The position numbers were made by a program, and so were the translations under genes. Shown here one piece after another: positions 38,290 through 48,202 of a stretch of DNA of 64,000 bases; the stretch's first letter is position 1, and each line of letters begins with the position of its first letter. The notes under the pieces are model-generated. The model ran no database searches. It was not told the DNA's origin and was given only the letters and a program-made list of their open reading frames with translations. The stretch is from Bacillota bacterium (GTDB lineage Bacteria; Bacillota; Sulfobacillia; Sulfobacillales; JAIMBI01), in contig JAJZWS010000005.1 in NCBI GenBank assembly GCA_021846565.1, positions 10,321 through 74,320 on the forward strand, read 5' to 3'.

Positions 38290-39524
38290 GCGTACCGACG
38301 GGAGGCTCGGCGGACATGGTGATCCGGCACATTGGCCAACTGCTCACGATGGCGGGCGGGGTGGGAGCCGAGTTTACTGCCTCGGCCGACGCGGCGGTGT
38401 GGATCGCGGACGGTCGCGTGCGCTACGCAGGACCCGAGAGCGGCTTGCCGCTCGAGGCGGACGGTTTCGTGGTGGACGCCGGGGGACGTCTGGCCACGCC
38501 CGGGCTGGTGGATGCGCACACCCATCTCCTGTATGCCGGCCAGCGGGCCCAAGAAGTCGCGCTCCGTGCTAAGGGGGCGAGCTATCTGGAGATGCTGGAG
38601 GCCGGCGGCGGCATTTTGGCCACGGTGTCCGCCACGACCGCGGCGTCTGACGAGGATGTGCTGGCCGCCACGCGGCGGCGGCTCGAGGAGGCACTGCGGG
38701 CAGGCACCACGACCCTGGAGCTGAAAACCGGCTACGGGCTGACGCCGACGGCCGAACTGCGCCTCCTCGGTCTGGCGGAGGTGCTCCGGGCCGAGGGGCC
38801 CCAGCGCCTGGTGCTCACCTTTCTGGGCGCGCACGCGTTGCCGCCATCTCACCGAGGGGACGCGGAGCGCTTTTTGGCGGAGATGGCTGCCGTGCACCCG
38901 GCGCTGGTGGGCCGGGCCGACTTCGTCGACATCTTTTTGGAGCCGGGGGTGTTTCAGGCCGCAGCGGCCGACGACTATCTCGCCCGGGCCCAGCAGCAGG
39001 GACTGGCCCTCAAGGTGCACGTGGATGAGCTCCAGGACGGCGGCGGGGCGGCGGTGGCCGCGCGCCGGGGCGCCGTGTCGGCCGACCACTGTGCCTACAC
39101 GTCGCCCGCAGGCATCGCCGCGCTGAAGGCGGCGGGCACCGTGGCGGTGCTGTTGCCGGGCACCGCGGGCTATCTGCACCCCGAGCACATGGCCCCCGCG
39201 CGACAATTTCTGGACCAGGGGGTGCCGGTCGCGATTGCCTCCGACGGGAACCCCGGGTCGTCGCCTACCAGCTGTTTGGGTACGCTGCTGCCGTGGGCGG
39301 CCGCGTGGCTGCACCTCACGCCCGACGAGGTGTGGACGGCGGTCACGCGGGGCGGGGCGGCGGCGCTGGGCCGGGGCGACGTGGGACAGCTTGCCCCGGG
39401 CGCCTGGGGCGACCTGGTCGTGTGGGACACCGACGACTATCGCGTGCCGTGCCATCGGTACGGCACCAACCTCGTGCAGGCGGTGTACGTGGGCGGACAG
39501 CGGGTCGCACCCAGGTGCCGGTAG
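38286..39524 (+). CDS. hutI: imidazolonepropionase
   Basis: PGLVDAHTH, GGGILATV, ELKTGYGL, KVHVDE, SADH, SDGNPGSS. Confidence 0.92.
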   Translation: MSVPTGGSADMVIRHIGQLLTMAGGVGAEFTASADAAVWIADGRVRYAGPESGLPLEADGFVVDAGGRLATPGLVDAHTHLLYAGQRAQEVALRAKGASYLEMLEAGGGILATVSATTAASDEDVLAATRRRLEEALRAGTTTLELKTGYGLTPTAELRLLGLAEVLRAEGPQRLVLTFLGAHALPPSHRGDAERFLAEMAAVHPALVGRADFVDIFLEPGVFQAAAADDYLARAQQQGLALKVHVDELQDGGGAAVAARRGAVSADHCAYTSPAGIAALKAAGTVAVLLPGTAGYLHPEHMAPARQFLDQGVPVAIASDGNPGSSPTSCLGTLLPWAAAWLHLTPDEVWTAVTRGGAAALGRGDVGQLAPGAWGDLVVWDTDDYRVPCHRYGTNLVQAVYVGGQRVAPRCR

Positions 39525-39532
39525 ACGGCCCG

Positions 39533-40358
39533 CTACCGCGCGATCGACGGAGTGCCCGACGCCACCACCTTGAGCGTGTCCCACATCCCGAGTTGTTCGT
39601 GCCCGGGTACGAGGCACGCAATCCGATACGTCCCGGCTTTCGTGGGCGCAAACGTGAACGTGGCGGTCGATCCCGGAGCCACCCCCGAGGTTGCGTTGGG
39701 GCTCGGCACCGGGAAAGGCCCATGTGGTGCTGTTGGCCGCATTGGTTACAATGGCCGCAGAGTGGGGCAGGAGCCCCTGGTTGCTCAGGGTGACGGTCAC
39801 CGTCTACCCGGTGGGTGCGGTGATGACCGTGGCGCCCTTGCCCTCGCCGTTGTAGTTGTGTACCCAGCCACCAGCGTGATGGACACGGTTTTGGCGGCCG
39901 CCTGACAGCTTAAAAACTTGCTGGGCGTGGCCAGGCCCGTCGCGGGTGCCGTGGTTTTGGGCAGGAGGCCCAGCGCGGCCGTCTCCTGTGCCTTGCCATT
40001 GCGCCCATTGGCACTGAACAGGAATGCCGCCACGGTTGCTGGCCTGCTTCTTAAGTCAGCGAGCCGGGGTTCCGCTTGGGCATGCATTTGTAGATGAATT
40101 GAGCTAGCTGGTTCTGGGTGGGGTTGAGCCCCTTTAAGCGAATGGACGACGTGGCGCTGATAAGGGGCAGGTATACGCCCGGCACGCCCAAGCCCGTAGC
40201 TCCGTGGCACACGGTGCAGGTCGTTTTGTGCAGGGAGGCCCCTGCACGATGTTCCCGGTCGGAAAACTGGGGGTCGAAAACGTAGGGCCCTGCCCACAGC
40301 CGGTCCCCACCAGCGCAACCAGCAGCATTCCGCTGGCAATCGTTCCCCGCCTGCGCAT
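39533..40358 (-). pseudogene. decayed lipoprotein cytochrome c-sulfocyanin (blue copper) fusion
   Basis: Lipobox VGTGC, heme motif CTVCH and MPKRNPGSLT, then KTVSITLVAG, SNQGLLPHS and IACLVPGHEQLGM Cu ligands, spread over several frames with an in-frame TAG. Confidence 0.75.
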
Positions 40359-40677
40359 GCCTATTCCTCCTGCTGAGCGCTGGATGGATCAGGTCACGAC
40401 GCAATCCCCACGGAATCCTCACCGCCATAGCGGTGCATTACGGGCGATATCTTCCTGACTTATAGTCACGCGAGAAGTGCGCGGCAACCGCTGGCCGCGA
40501 TATTGTGCACGCGTGCGCGAGCGCGACTCCGCCCCACGTGAACGATCGGCGCGTTCGGTTCATCCTCGTCCCGGGCATCGTCGTCCCGAAAGTCCGTGGC
40601 GTTTGATAGCATTGAGGTCCAGTGCCGGCCCCGCGGGACACCTCGGGCCGTACAGGGAACGCGAGGAGGGAGCATCC

Positions 40678-41292
40678 ATGAAAAACCCTTGGGACAACCG
40701 CGAGCGCCTGGAATGGCTGCTGGCACCCCGGCGCCAAACCTGGTTTCCGCGTGCGCCGATTGTGTTGGCGCTGGAGTTGGGCGAAGGGGCGGCCGTGGCG
40801 GATGTGGGGGCCGGCAGCGGATATCTGGTGGAGGAGCTGGCCGTGGCGGTGGGCTTAGCCGGACGGGTGTGGGCCGTGGATCCCAGCCCCCAGGCCCGAG
40901 CCCTCCTGACCGAGCGGTTTCAGGACGAGGCCCATCGCCAGGTGGTGGTGCGCGACGGCACAGCGGCTGCCACGGGGCTCGTGGACCGGTCGGCCGACGG
41001 CATGGTCTGGCTGGCCATTTATCATGAGCTGCTGCACGCGACACCCGACGGCGAGGAACTGCATCGGAGCTTTGCGGAGGCGCGGCGCGTCTTGAAACCG
41101 GGCGGTCGGCTGGTCATTGGCGACTGGCGGCCGGTGCCCACCGAGGTGGGCCCGCCGACCCGGGAGCGCGTGGATCCGGAGAGGGCGGGGCAGGCGCTGA
41201 CGGCGGCCGGGTTCACCGTGGCGTCCTCCACCAACCTGAGTGAGGCGGTGTGGCTGCTAACGGTCACGACCCCGGACGACGAGCCACAGTGA
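40678..41292 (+). CDS. class I SAM-dependent methyltransferase
   Basis: VADVGAGSG, RVLKPGGRLVIGDW. Confidence 0.88.
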   Translation: MKNPWDNRERLEWLLAPRRQTWFPRAPIVLALELGEGAAVADVGAGSGYLVEELAVAVGLAGRVWAVDPSPQARALLTERFQDEAHRQVVVRDGTAAATGLVDRSADGMVWLAIYHELLHATPDGEELHRSFAEARRVLKPGGRLVIGDWRPVPTEVGPPTRERVDPERAGQALTAAGFTVASSTNLSEAVWLLTVTTPDDEPQ

Positions 41293-41690
41293 CGGACGGG
41301 GGCGTGGGTCGCGTCTGGGGCGTCGGCGTGGATGCTGTGGACGTGGCGCGCTTTCAGGCCGCGGCGGAACGTCGGCCCCGTCTGGTGACGCACCTGTTCG
41401 ACGACGACGAGGTTCAATACGCGGGGGATGGGAGAAACCGGTGGGAGCGCCTGGCGGCGCGCTTTGCCGCCAAAGAGGCCATCGTCAAGGCCGCTGGGGG
41501 ATTTCGGGGGTCCGCGTGGCGCCAGATCGTGGTGGGGGGCCGCCTGAATCAGCCGCCCCCGGTGGCGGTCGGCGGTCCTTTGGGCGAGTGGATCGAGGCC
41601 CACCACCTCGTGGTCTTGGTGTCCCTGACCCATGAGCGCGCCGTCGCCATTGCGGTGGCGGTGTTGCAGACCGCGACAGGGGAGCCGTAG
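41289..41690 (+). CDS. acpS: holo-ACP synthase
   Basis: GVGVDAVDV, LAARFAAKEAIVKA, VSLTHE. Confidence 0.93.
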   Translation: MTDGGVGRVWGVGVDAVDVARFQAAAERRPRLVTHLFDDDEVQYAGDGRNRWERLAARFAAKEAIVKAAGGFRGSAWRQIVVGGRLNQPPPVAVGGPLGEWIEAHHLVVLVSLTHERAVAIAVAVLQTATGEP

Positions 41691-41691
41691 C

Positions 41692-43173
41692 ATGCACGTA
41701 CCGGTGTGGACCGCTGAAGAAGCACGGGCGGCGGATGCGGCCGCCGCCGCACTTGGGATCGACGGAGCCTGGCTGATGGAGGCCGCCGGCGCTTGCGTGG
41801 CGCGCCGCGTGCGAGCGTGGAGGGCCACCCGTCCCCTGATTCTCGTGGGACCCGGCCAGAATGGCGGCGATGGTCTGGTCGCGGCGCGCCGTCTGGCGCT
41901 GGCTGGGGTGGCGACTCGCGTCTTCATGCCGGCGACCCCGCGGTTTGCCGGGGCCGCCGCGGTCGTGGCCAGCGCTTGGGCCGCCGGGGCGCGGCGCGTG
42001 GCGGACGACGACCTCGCGGATGCGCTGGCCGCGTCAGACCTGGTGGTGGACGCTGTGCTGGGCACCGGGCAGAATCGGGCGCTGGGACCACCCTGGTCCC
42101 CCCTGTGGCCTCATTTAGCCGCCGCGCGGGTCTTGGCTGTGGACCTGCCCACCGGGGTCGAGGCGGATACGGGCCGGTGCTGGACCGACGGGCCGGTCAT
42201 GGTGGAAACCATGGCGGTCGGCGCGCTGAAGCCCGCGCATCTGCTGGAGCCGGCGGCGTCACGGGTGGGACGCTTGACGGTGGCCGACATCGGGTTGCCA
42301 ATGCAGCTCGGCGCGCGCTTTCGACTGGACTGGCCGGAGGATCGGCCTCGGGAGCGGGAGGCGGGGGCAGATAAATATGCCCGAGGCACCCTGGTGGTGG
42401 TGGGGGGCTCCGCCCAGTACACTGGCGCCCCCGGCCTGGCGGCCGCCGGGGGGATGCGGGCCGGCATGGGGTATGTGGAAATTTGGTGCGCTGCGGCTGG
42501 GGCGGAGCGCATTCGCTTTCTTCCCGCCGTGGTGCGGGTGCTGCCGGAGCACGAGGGGGCACTGACGCTGGACGAGGCCGCGGCGCGTGCCCTGGGGCGC
42601 GCGCGGGCGGTCGTGCTGGGCCCCGGAGGTACCGTCGCGGTGTCATTGGTGGAGGCGGTGCGGGCCACCGGTCTGCCGGCGGTGGTGGACGCGGGCGCGG
42701 TCGCGGCGTACGTCGCGGCCGGGCGGCCCCCTTGGCCCAGCGCGGTGTTCACCCCGCACGCGGCCGAAGCGGCCCGCCTGCTGGATCGCGAGCCCGCTTG
42801 GGTAGCGGGCCATCGGGAGGCGGCGATGCGGGAGATGGGGGATGTCACCGGCGGCGTGGTGCTGTTGAAGGGGCGTCGTACGCTCGTGGGTCGCGGAGAC
42901 GGTCCCGTGTTTGTCAACTGGCCCGGGGGTCCGGAGTTGGCTACCGCCGGGACGGGGGACGTGTTGGCGGGCGTCATCGGGGGACTGTTGGCGCGAGGCC
43001 TGGATTCCCTGGCGGCAGCGCGCCTCGGGGCGTGGTGGCACGGTCTGGCGGGGGAGCGGATGCGGTGGACGCACGGGCCGTCCGGGGGCTCGGCCGCGGA
43101 TCTGCTGGATGCCTTGGCGGCCGTGCGCCCCGAGGCCGGTGCCCCCGCCGACTGGCCGGAGTGGCTGTGGTGA
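41692..43173 (+). CDS. nnr: bifunctional NAD(P)HX epimerase/dehydratase
   Basis: LMEAAG, GPGQNGGDG, DLPTG, TPHAAE, LATAGTGDVLAG. Confidence 0.92.
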   Translation: MHVPVWTAEEARAADAAAAALGIDGAWLMEAAGACVARRVRAWRATRPLILVGPGQNGGDGLVAARRLALAGVATRVFMPATPRFAGAAAVVASAWAAGARRVADDDLADALAASDLVVDAVLGTGQNRALGPPWSPLWPHLAAARVLAVDLPTGVEADTGRCWTDGPVMVETMAVGALKPAHLLEPAASRVGRLTVADIGLPMQLGARFRLDWPEDRPREREAGADKYARGTLVVVGGSAQYTGAPGLAAAGGMRAGMGYVEIWCAAAGAERIRFLPAVVRVLPEHEGALTLDEAAARALGRARAVVLGPGGTVAVSLVEAVRATGLPAVVDAGAVAAYVAAGRPPWPSAVFTPHAAEAARLLDREPAWVAGHREAAMREMGDVTGGVVLLKGRRTLVGRGDGPVFVNWPGGPELATAGTGDVLAGVIGGLLARGLDSLAAARLGAWWHGLAGERMRWTHGPSGGSAADLLDALAAVRPEAGAPADWPEWLW

Positions 43174-44330
43174 CCGGGCCCCTGCGGGCGACGCGCGCCC
43201 TGGTGCGGCTCGCCGCCATCCGGGCCAACGTGCAGGCGGTGCGCCGCGCGCTGGCACCCGCGACACGCCTTTGGGCCGTGGTCAAAGCCAACGCGTACGG
43301 ACATGGGGCTGTGCCGGTGGCGACGACGGCGCTGGCGGCGGGTGCCGACGCCTTGGCCGTGGCGCTGCCGGAAGAAGGCTGGGAGCTTCGCCGAGCCGGC
43401 ATCGCGAGCCGCATCCTGGTTTTGGGACCCATTCTGCCCGAGCAGGCGGTGTCCGTGGTGAGTGCGGACCTGGACGCCATCGTGTTCAGCCCAGCGGTGA
43501 TCGAGGCGCTGGCGCGGGGCGCGGTAGACCTGGGCCGCCCGGCGCGGGTCCACCTGAAGGTGGACACCGGCATGGGGCGGGTGGGCGCACGACCCAACGA
43601 GGCGGCGGCCCTGGCCGAGCGCATTGTGGCCGAGCCATCGCTTCGGTGGGCCGGCCTCATGACCCACCTAGCGGATGCCGACCACGAAGATCCGGAGTGG
43701 ACCCGCGGCCAGTACCGTCAGTTGGTGCGGGTGGTAGAGGATCTGCGCCGGCGGGGGTGGTCGCCGCCGGTGCATGCGGCCAATTCGGCCGGGGCGCTGC
43801 GGTTCCCCGGCCTGCAGGCCGACGGGGTGCGGGTGGGGCTGGCGCTCTATGGCGCGGCGCCGTGGGCGGGATGCTCGCCGCTGGAGCCCGCGCTCACGCT
43901 GGAGTCGGTGGTGACCATGGTGAAGCGGGTGCCCACTGGCTTTCGCGTCGGGTACGGGCACACCTATGAAACCCCCGGGCCGCTCACCATCGCCACGGTG
44001 GCCGCCGGGTACGCCGACGGCGTGCGGCGGGGCTTGTCGAATCGCGGGGCCGCCATCGTGGGGGGGCGTCGGGTCCCCATCGTGGGGCGGGTGTCCATGG
44101 ATCAGCTGACGCTCGGCGTCCCGCCCGACGTGCCCGTGCACGTCGGCGACCCGGTGGTGTTGCTGGGCCGCGCGGGAGCCCTGGAGCTGTCGGCCCAGGA
44201 CTGGGCCGGGTGGCTGGACACCATTCCCTATGAAGTGTTCTGTGGCATCGCGGCTCGGGTGCCGCGGCTGTACGCGCCCGGCAGTGACGCGTCGGGGCGG
44301 CCCACCGGGTTTTCGAGCTGGCCGACGTGA
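43170..44330 (+). CDS. alr: alanine racemase
   Basis: AVVKANAYGHG, HLKVDTGMGR, GYADG, VGRVSMDQ, TIPYEV. Confidence 0.95.
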   Translation: MTGPLRATRALVRLAAIRANVQAVRRALAPATRLWAVVKANAYGHGAVPVATTALAAGADALAVALPEEGWELRRAGIASRILVLGPILPEQAVSVVSADLDAIVFSPAVIEALARGAVDLGRPARVHLKVDTGMGRVGARPNEAAALAERIVAEPSLRWAGLMTHLADADHEDPEWTRGQYRQLVRVVEDLRRRGWSPPVHAANSAGALRFPGLQADGVRVGLALYGAAPWAGCSPLEPALTLESVVTMVKRVPTGFRVGYGHTYETPGPLTIATVAAGYADGVRRGLSNRGAAIVGGRRVPIVGRVSMDQLTLGVPPDVPVHVGDPVVLLGRAGALELSAQDWAGWLDTIPYEVFCGIAARVPRLYAPGSDASGRPTGFSSWPT

Positions 44331-44357
44331 TGGGAATGGACCGATGGATCGGCCCGG

Positions 44358-44386
44358 CTGACGGCTGCGCGCCGGAAGCCTATAAT
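44358..44386 (+). promoter_or_regulatory. sigmaA promoter of the TA pair
   Basis: CTGACG-N17-TATAAT between alr and the antitoxin gene. Confidence 0.5.
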
Positions 44387-44470
44387 GGGCGGCGTCGAGA
44401 AATGTTCCATCGGGTTGGTGACCGAGCGAGCCGAGCCGAGCGACGATCGAAGTGGAAGAGGTGCATCCCC

Positions 44471-44752
44471 GTGGAACACGAGCATCGAGGGGACGTGGCC
44501 CGGTTGGTGGTGCGCATGCCGCGAGAACTGGTCGAAGCCTTGGATGACTTGGGGCGGGAGCAGCACCGCGGGCGCGCCGATTTGATTCGTGAAAGTGTGG
44601 CCCGCTACGTGGACCAGCGGGCGCGCGAGCGGCTCCGCGATGAACTCATCGCCGGGTACCGCGAGTGGGGCGAGATGTACTGCCATTTGCGTGAGGAACA
44701 GTGGGAGCCGGAGGCATGCGAAGTGGACGCAGCGAGTCCCAACGACCAGTAG
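44471..44752 (+). CDS. CopG/ribbon-helix-helix antitoxin (NdoAI/MazE-like)
   Basis: LVVRMPRELVEALD...RADLIRESV, LIAGYREWG; sits between alr and mazF as in Bacillota. Confidence 0.82.
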   Translation: MEHEHRGDVARLVVRMPRELVEALDDLGREQHRGRADLIRESVARYVDQRARERLRDELIAGYREWGEMYCHLREEQWEPEACEVDAASPNDQ

Positions 44753-45105
44753 GCGGGCAGGTCCGCCGGGGGGACATTTTCTTTGCGGACTTGTCGCCGG
44801 TGGTGGGGTCGGAGCAGGGAGGGGTCCGTCCGGTGCTGGTGTTGCAGAACGACATCGGCAATCGGTACAGCCCCACGGTGATCGTGGCGGCCATCACGTC
44901 GCAGCACAGCAAGGGCCGCCTGCCGATTCATGTCACGGTGGCCCGCGAAGACTCGCCGCTGGGGCGCGAGTGCCTCATCCTGTTGGAGCAGGTGCGCACC
45001 CTCGACAAGCGTCGGCTGAAAGACCGTGTCGGTCAGCTGGCCCCGCATATCATGGATCGGGTGGACCGCGCTCTCTCAATTTCGCTGGGGCTGTTGGACC
45101 TTTAG
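44716..45105 (+). CDS. mazF: MazF/PemK endoribonuclease toxin (NdoA)
   Basis: RRGDIFFADLSPVVGSEQGGVRPVLVLQNDIGN, LEQVRTLDKRRL; start codon uncertain. Confidence 0.93.
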   Translation: MRSGRSESQRPVGGQVRRGDIFFADLSPVVGSEQGGVRPVLVLQNDIGNRYSPTVIVAAITSQHSKGRLPIHVTVAREDSPLGRECLILLEQVRTLDKRRLKDRVGQLAPHIMDRVDRALSISLGLLDL

Positions 45106-45192
45106 CGCCCGGTGGGGCCCGGCAGGTGCGGTTGGGGCGATGGAGTGTGTGCGAGTGAGGCAAGAGTGAGACAGAGGGGAAGCGCAAGCGGG

Positions 45193-45939
45193 ATGAAACC
45201 GGTGGTGGGAATTACGACACGGCACGCGGCAGGCGGCGCGTTGCCGTCTGATGGGGTGGCGGTGACGTACATCGAGGCGCTGGCGCAAAGCGGCGCCGCC
45301 GTGGTGCTGTTGCCAAACGTGCCGAATCCTGATGTCGTGAGGGTGCTGGACGGCCTGCTGCTGACCGGCGGGGGCGACTTCGCCCCCACGTTGTTCGGCG
45401 CGGCAGACGAAGGCACGGACTGGGCGGGGTACTCGCCGGAGCGGGACGCCGCCGAAATTCTGTACCTGCGGGCGCTGCCGCCCGATGTGCCCGTGCTGGG
45501 CATCTGCCGCGGCCTGCAGGCCCTAGCCGTCGCGTTTGGCGGCTCGCTGGTGCAGGACATTCCTCGATCGCAGCCGGAGGCTTTGAACCACACCCAAGCG
45601 GAGCCTCGCGAGGCCACCACGCACACGGTGCGGTTGGACTCTACGTCCCGGCTGGCCCACATCGTGGGGCCAGGCCCGCTGGCCGTAAATTCCTTCCACC
45701 ATCAGGCGGTCGACCGCATCCCCGCCGGCTTTCGGGCGGTCGCCCAAGCCCCCGACGGCCTGATTGAGGCCATCGAGGGGATGGAGATCGAGGGAGCGGG
45801 CGGGCGGTTCGCCATCGGCGTGCAGTGGCACCCAGAGACGCTGATGGGGCGGCAGGCGCATGCCGACCGCCTGTTTTCAGCGTTTGTGGCTGCCTGCGCG
45901 GCGCGCTCGTCGCTGGCGGGAGCCCGGTTCGTTGGCTGA
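45193..45939 (+). CDS. gamma-glutamyl-gamma-aminobutyrate hydrolase family (peptidase C26)
   Basis: LLLTGGGD, GICRGLQ, VNSFHHQ, VQWHPE. Confidence 0.9.
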   Translation: MKPVVGITTRHAAGGALPSDGVAVTYIEALAQSGAAVVLLPNVPNPDVVRVLDGLLLTGGGDFAPTLFGAADEGTDWAGYSPERDAAEILYLRALPPDVPVLGICRGLQALAVAFGGSLVQDIPRSQPEALNHTQAEPREATTHTVRLDSTSRLAHIVGPGPLAVNSFHHQAVDRIPAGFRAVAQAPDGLIEAIEGMEIEGAGGRFAIGVQWHPETLMGRQAHADRLFSAFVAACAARSSLAGARFVG

Positions 45940-46948
45940 GGGTGTCGTGGAGATTCGGCGCGGAGGGCGGGTGGAAAGCGTCGTCCGCGCGGATGGGGTG
46001 GTGGTGGACAGTGCCGGCCGCGTGGTGGCGGGGTTCGGCCATCCTCACCGCGAAACATACTGGCGCTCAAGCGCCAAGCCGTTCCAAGCCGTGCCCGTGG
46101 TGCTGTCGGGGGCGGCGGCGCAGTTTCAGATGGACGCCCGGGACGTGGCCATGGTGGCGGCCTCTCACAGTGGCGAGCCCCGGCACACGACGCGCGTGGA
46201 GCGCCTGCTGCAGCGGGCCGGGCTGACCGCGGCGGATCTCGCGTGCGGCGTGCACTGGCCCAAGCATGCGGCTACGGCCCACGCGATGCGGCGCGCCGGT
46301 CTCAAACCCTCGCCTCTGCATCACAACTGCTCGGGGAAGCACGCGGGTATGCTGCTCACGGCCGCCGCGCGCGGGGTGGCCACGGCCGGGTACCTCGAAC
46401 CGGACCATCCCGTGCAGCAGACCATCCGCGACGTCGTGGCCCACTTTACGGGCATAGCCGCCCCCCGCCTGGCCACAGGGGTGGACGGGTGCGGCGTGCC
46501 GACCTTTTATCTGCCCCTGTCGCGGATGGCCTGGGCCTATGCCCGCCTGTACGACGGGCGGGGGCTGCCCGACGACGAGGCGGCCGCGGGCCAGCTGGTG
46601 GCGGAGGCGATGCGGACCCACCCGGAGCTGGTGTCGGGCGAGGGACGCCTGGAAACGCGGCTGGCCGAGGCGACGGAGGGCCGCATCCTGTCCAAGGGCG
46701 GTGCCGAGGGCGTGTACTGCGGGGCGCTGCCGGAACGCGGCTGGGGTGTGGCCATCAAGATCGACGACGGGGGGACGCGCGCCCGCGGCTCGCTGGTGGC
46801 GGCGGTGCTGAGCCTCTTGCCGGTGCTGGCCGAGGAGACGCGGACGCGGCTGGCGACCCTGGCGGTGGAGCCCATCCACAACGACGCCGGCCGACCGGTC
46901 GGTGAGATGATGCCGATAGTCGAATTGCAATGGGGGCAGGTGAGGTGA
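45932..46948 (+). CDS. L-asparaginase II (Rhizobium AnsA-type)
   Basis: RSSAKPFQA, ASHSGE, HNCSGKHAGML, DGCGVP, SKGGAEG. Confidence 0.88.
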   Translation: MAEGVVEIRRGGRVESVVRADGVVVDSAGRVVAGFGHPHRETYWRSSAKPFQAVPVVLSGAAAQFQMDARDVAMVAASHSGEPRHTTRVERLLQRAGLTAADLACGVHWPKHAATAHAMRRAGLKPSPLHHNCSGKHAGMLLTAAARGVATAGYLEPDHPVQQTIRDVVAHFTGIAAPRLATGVDGCGVPTFYLPLSRMAWAYARLYDGRGLPDDEAAAGQLVAEAMRTHPELVSGEGRLETRLAEATEGRILSKGGAEGVYCGALPERGWGVAIKIDDGGTRARGSLVAAVLSLLPVLAEETRTRLATLAVEPIHNDAGRPVGEMMPIVELQWGQVR

Positions 46949-48111
46949 CAGAGACGACACCGTTTGCGGTGACGAATGTGAGGCTGTTGGACGGCGGAGA
47001 TCTCGGATATGTGGAGCGGGGAGGGTTCCTGGTCAATGCCGACGGCCGCATCGCGGCCATCGACGCCAACTACACCCCGGCTCCCGGCGTGAGGGTGGTG
47101 GATGGTCAGGGCTTGTGGTGCCTGCCGGGCTTTGTGGATGCCCACAGCCACATTGGCTTGTCGACGAAGGGCGAGTCCGGCGACTCGGCGGACGGCAACG
47201 AGGCCACCGAGGCGGTGACGGCCGATGTGCGGGCACTGGATGGATTGAACCCGCGCGATCCGGCCATCCCGGAGACGCTGGCCGCGGGCGTGACCACCGC
47301 GTACGTGACCATGGGCTCCGCCAACGTGATTGGCGGGATTGGCTGCACCGTGCATCTCGCAGGACGTACGGTCGAAGAGATGGTCATGGTCCCGGCCGGG
47401 GGCATGAAGGCGGCCATGGGGGAGAACCCGCGCCGCGTGCACGGGGCCAACGCCAAGCGCCGCCCCGCGAGCCGCCCCGGGGTGGCCGCGGTGCTGCGCG
47501 AATGGCTGGAGCGGGCCCGTCGCTATGCCAACCAGCCCCCTTTGGGGGCGCGGGACTACAACCCGAAGCTGGAGGCGCTGGCCATGGTGGTGCGGGGGGA
47601 TGTGCCCCTCCGCGTGCACTGTCACCGCGCCGATGATATCGCCACGGCGCATCGCATCGCCAGTGAGTTTGGGCTCAAGTGGGTTATGGACCACGCCACC
47701 GAGTCACACTTTATTTTGGACGACGTGGTGGGTTGGGGCGTACCCGCCGTGGTGGGACCCTCGTTTGGGGCGGCCAACAAGGCCGAGACGCGCCACAAAA
47801 GCTTTGCCACGCCCGGCATCCTGGCTCGGGCGGGCGTGGCCACGGCCATCTGCTCCGACCATCCCGTGATTCCCTCGCAGTACCTGGCCATCTACGCAGG
47901 ACTGGCGGTGCGGGCGGGCATGCCCGAGTCGCTGGCGCTGGCGGCCATCACCAGCGTGCCTGCCGACATCGTGGGGGTGGGGGACCGCGTCGGCAGCCTC
48001 CGTGTGGGACTCGAAGCGGACTTCTCGCTGTTTACCGACAACCCCATGTCCCATGTGCAGGCCACCACGCGGGCGGTGTACATCGGGGGACAGCAGGTGA
48101 GCGGTACGTAG
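46945..48111 (+). CDS. metal-dependent amidohydrolase
   Basis: PGFVDAHSHIG, KAAMGENP, HCHRADDI, SDHPV. Confidence 0.88.
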   Translation: MTETTPFAVTNVRLLDGGDLGYVERGGFLVNADGRIAAIDANYTPAPGVRVVDGQGLWCLPGFVDAHSHIGLSTKGESGDSADGNEATEAVTADVRALDGLNPRDPAIPETLAAGVTTAYVTMGSANVIGGIGCTVHLAGRTVEEMVMVPAGGMKAAMGENPRRVHGANAKRRPASRPGVAAVLREWLERARRYANQPPLGARDYNPKLEALAMVVRGDVPLRVHCHRADDIATAHRIASEFGLKWVMDHATESHFILDDVVGWGVPAVVGPSFGAANKAETRHKSFATPGILARAGVATAICSDHPVIPSQYLAIYAGLAVRAGMPESLALAAITSVPADIVGVGDRVGSLRVGLEADFSLFTDNPMSHVQATTRAVYIGGQQVSGT

Positions 48112-48202
48112 CGGACCCGGGAGGGCGTAGACTCTTGTCCGGGTTGGCTCTACACTGAGAAAAATCGGTGGAAGCACGTGCCAAACCAAGGAGCGAAGCA
48201 GC

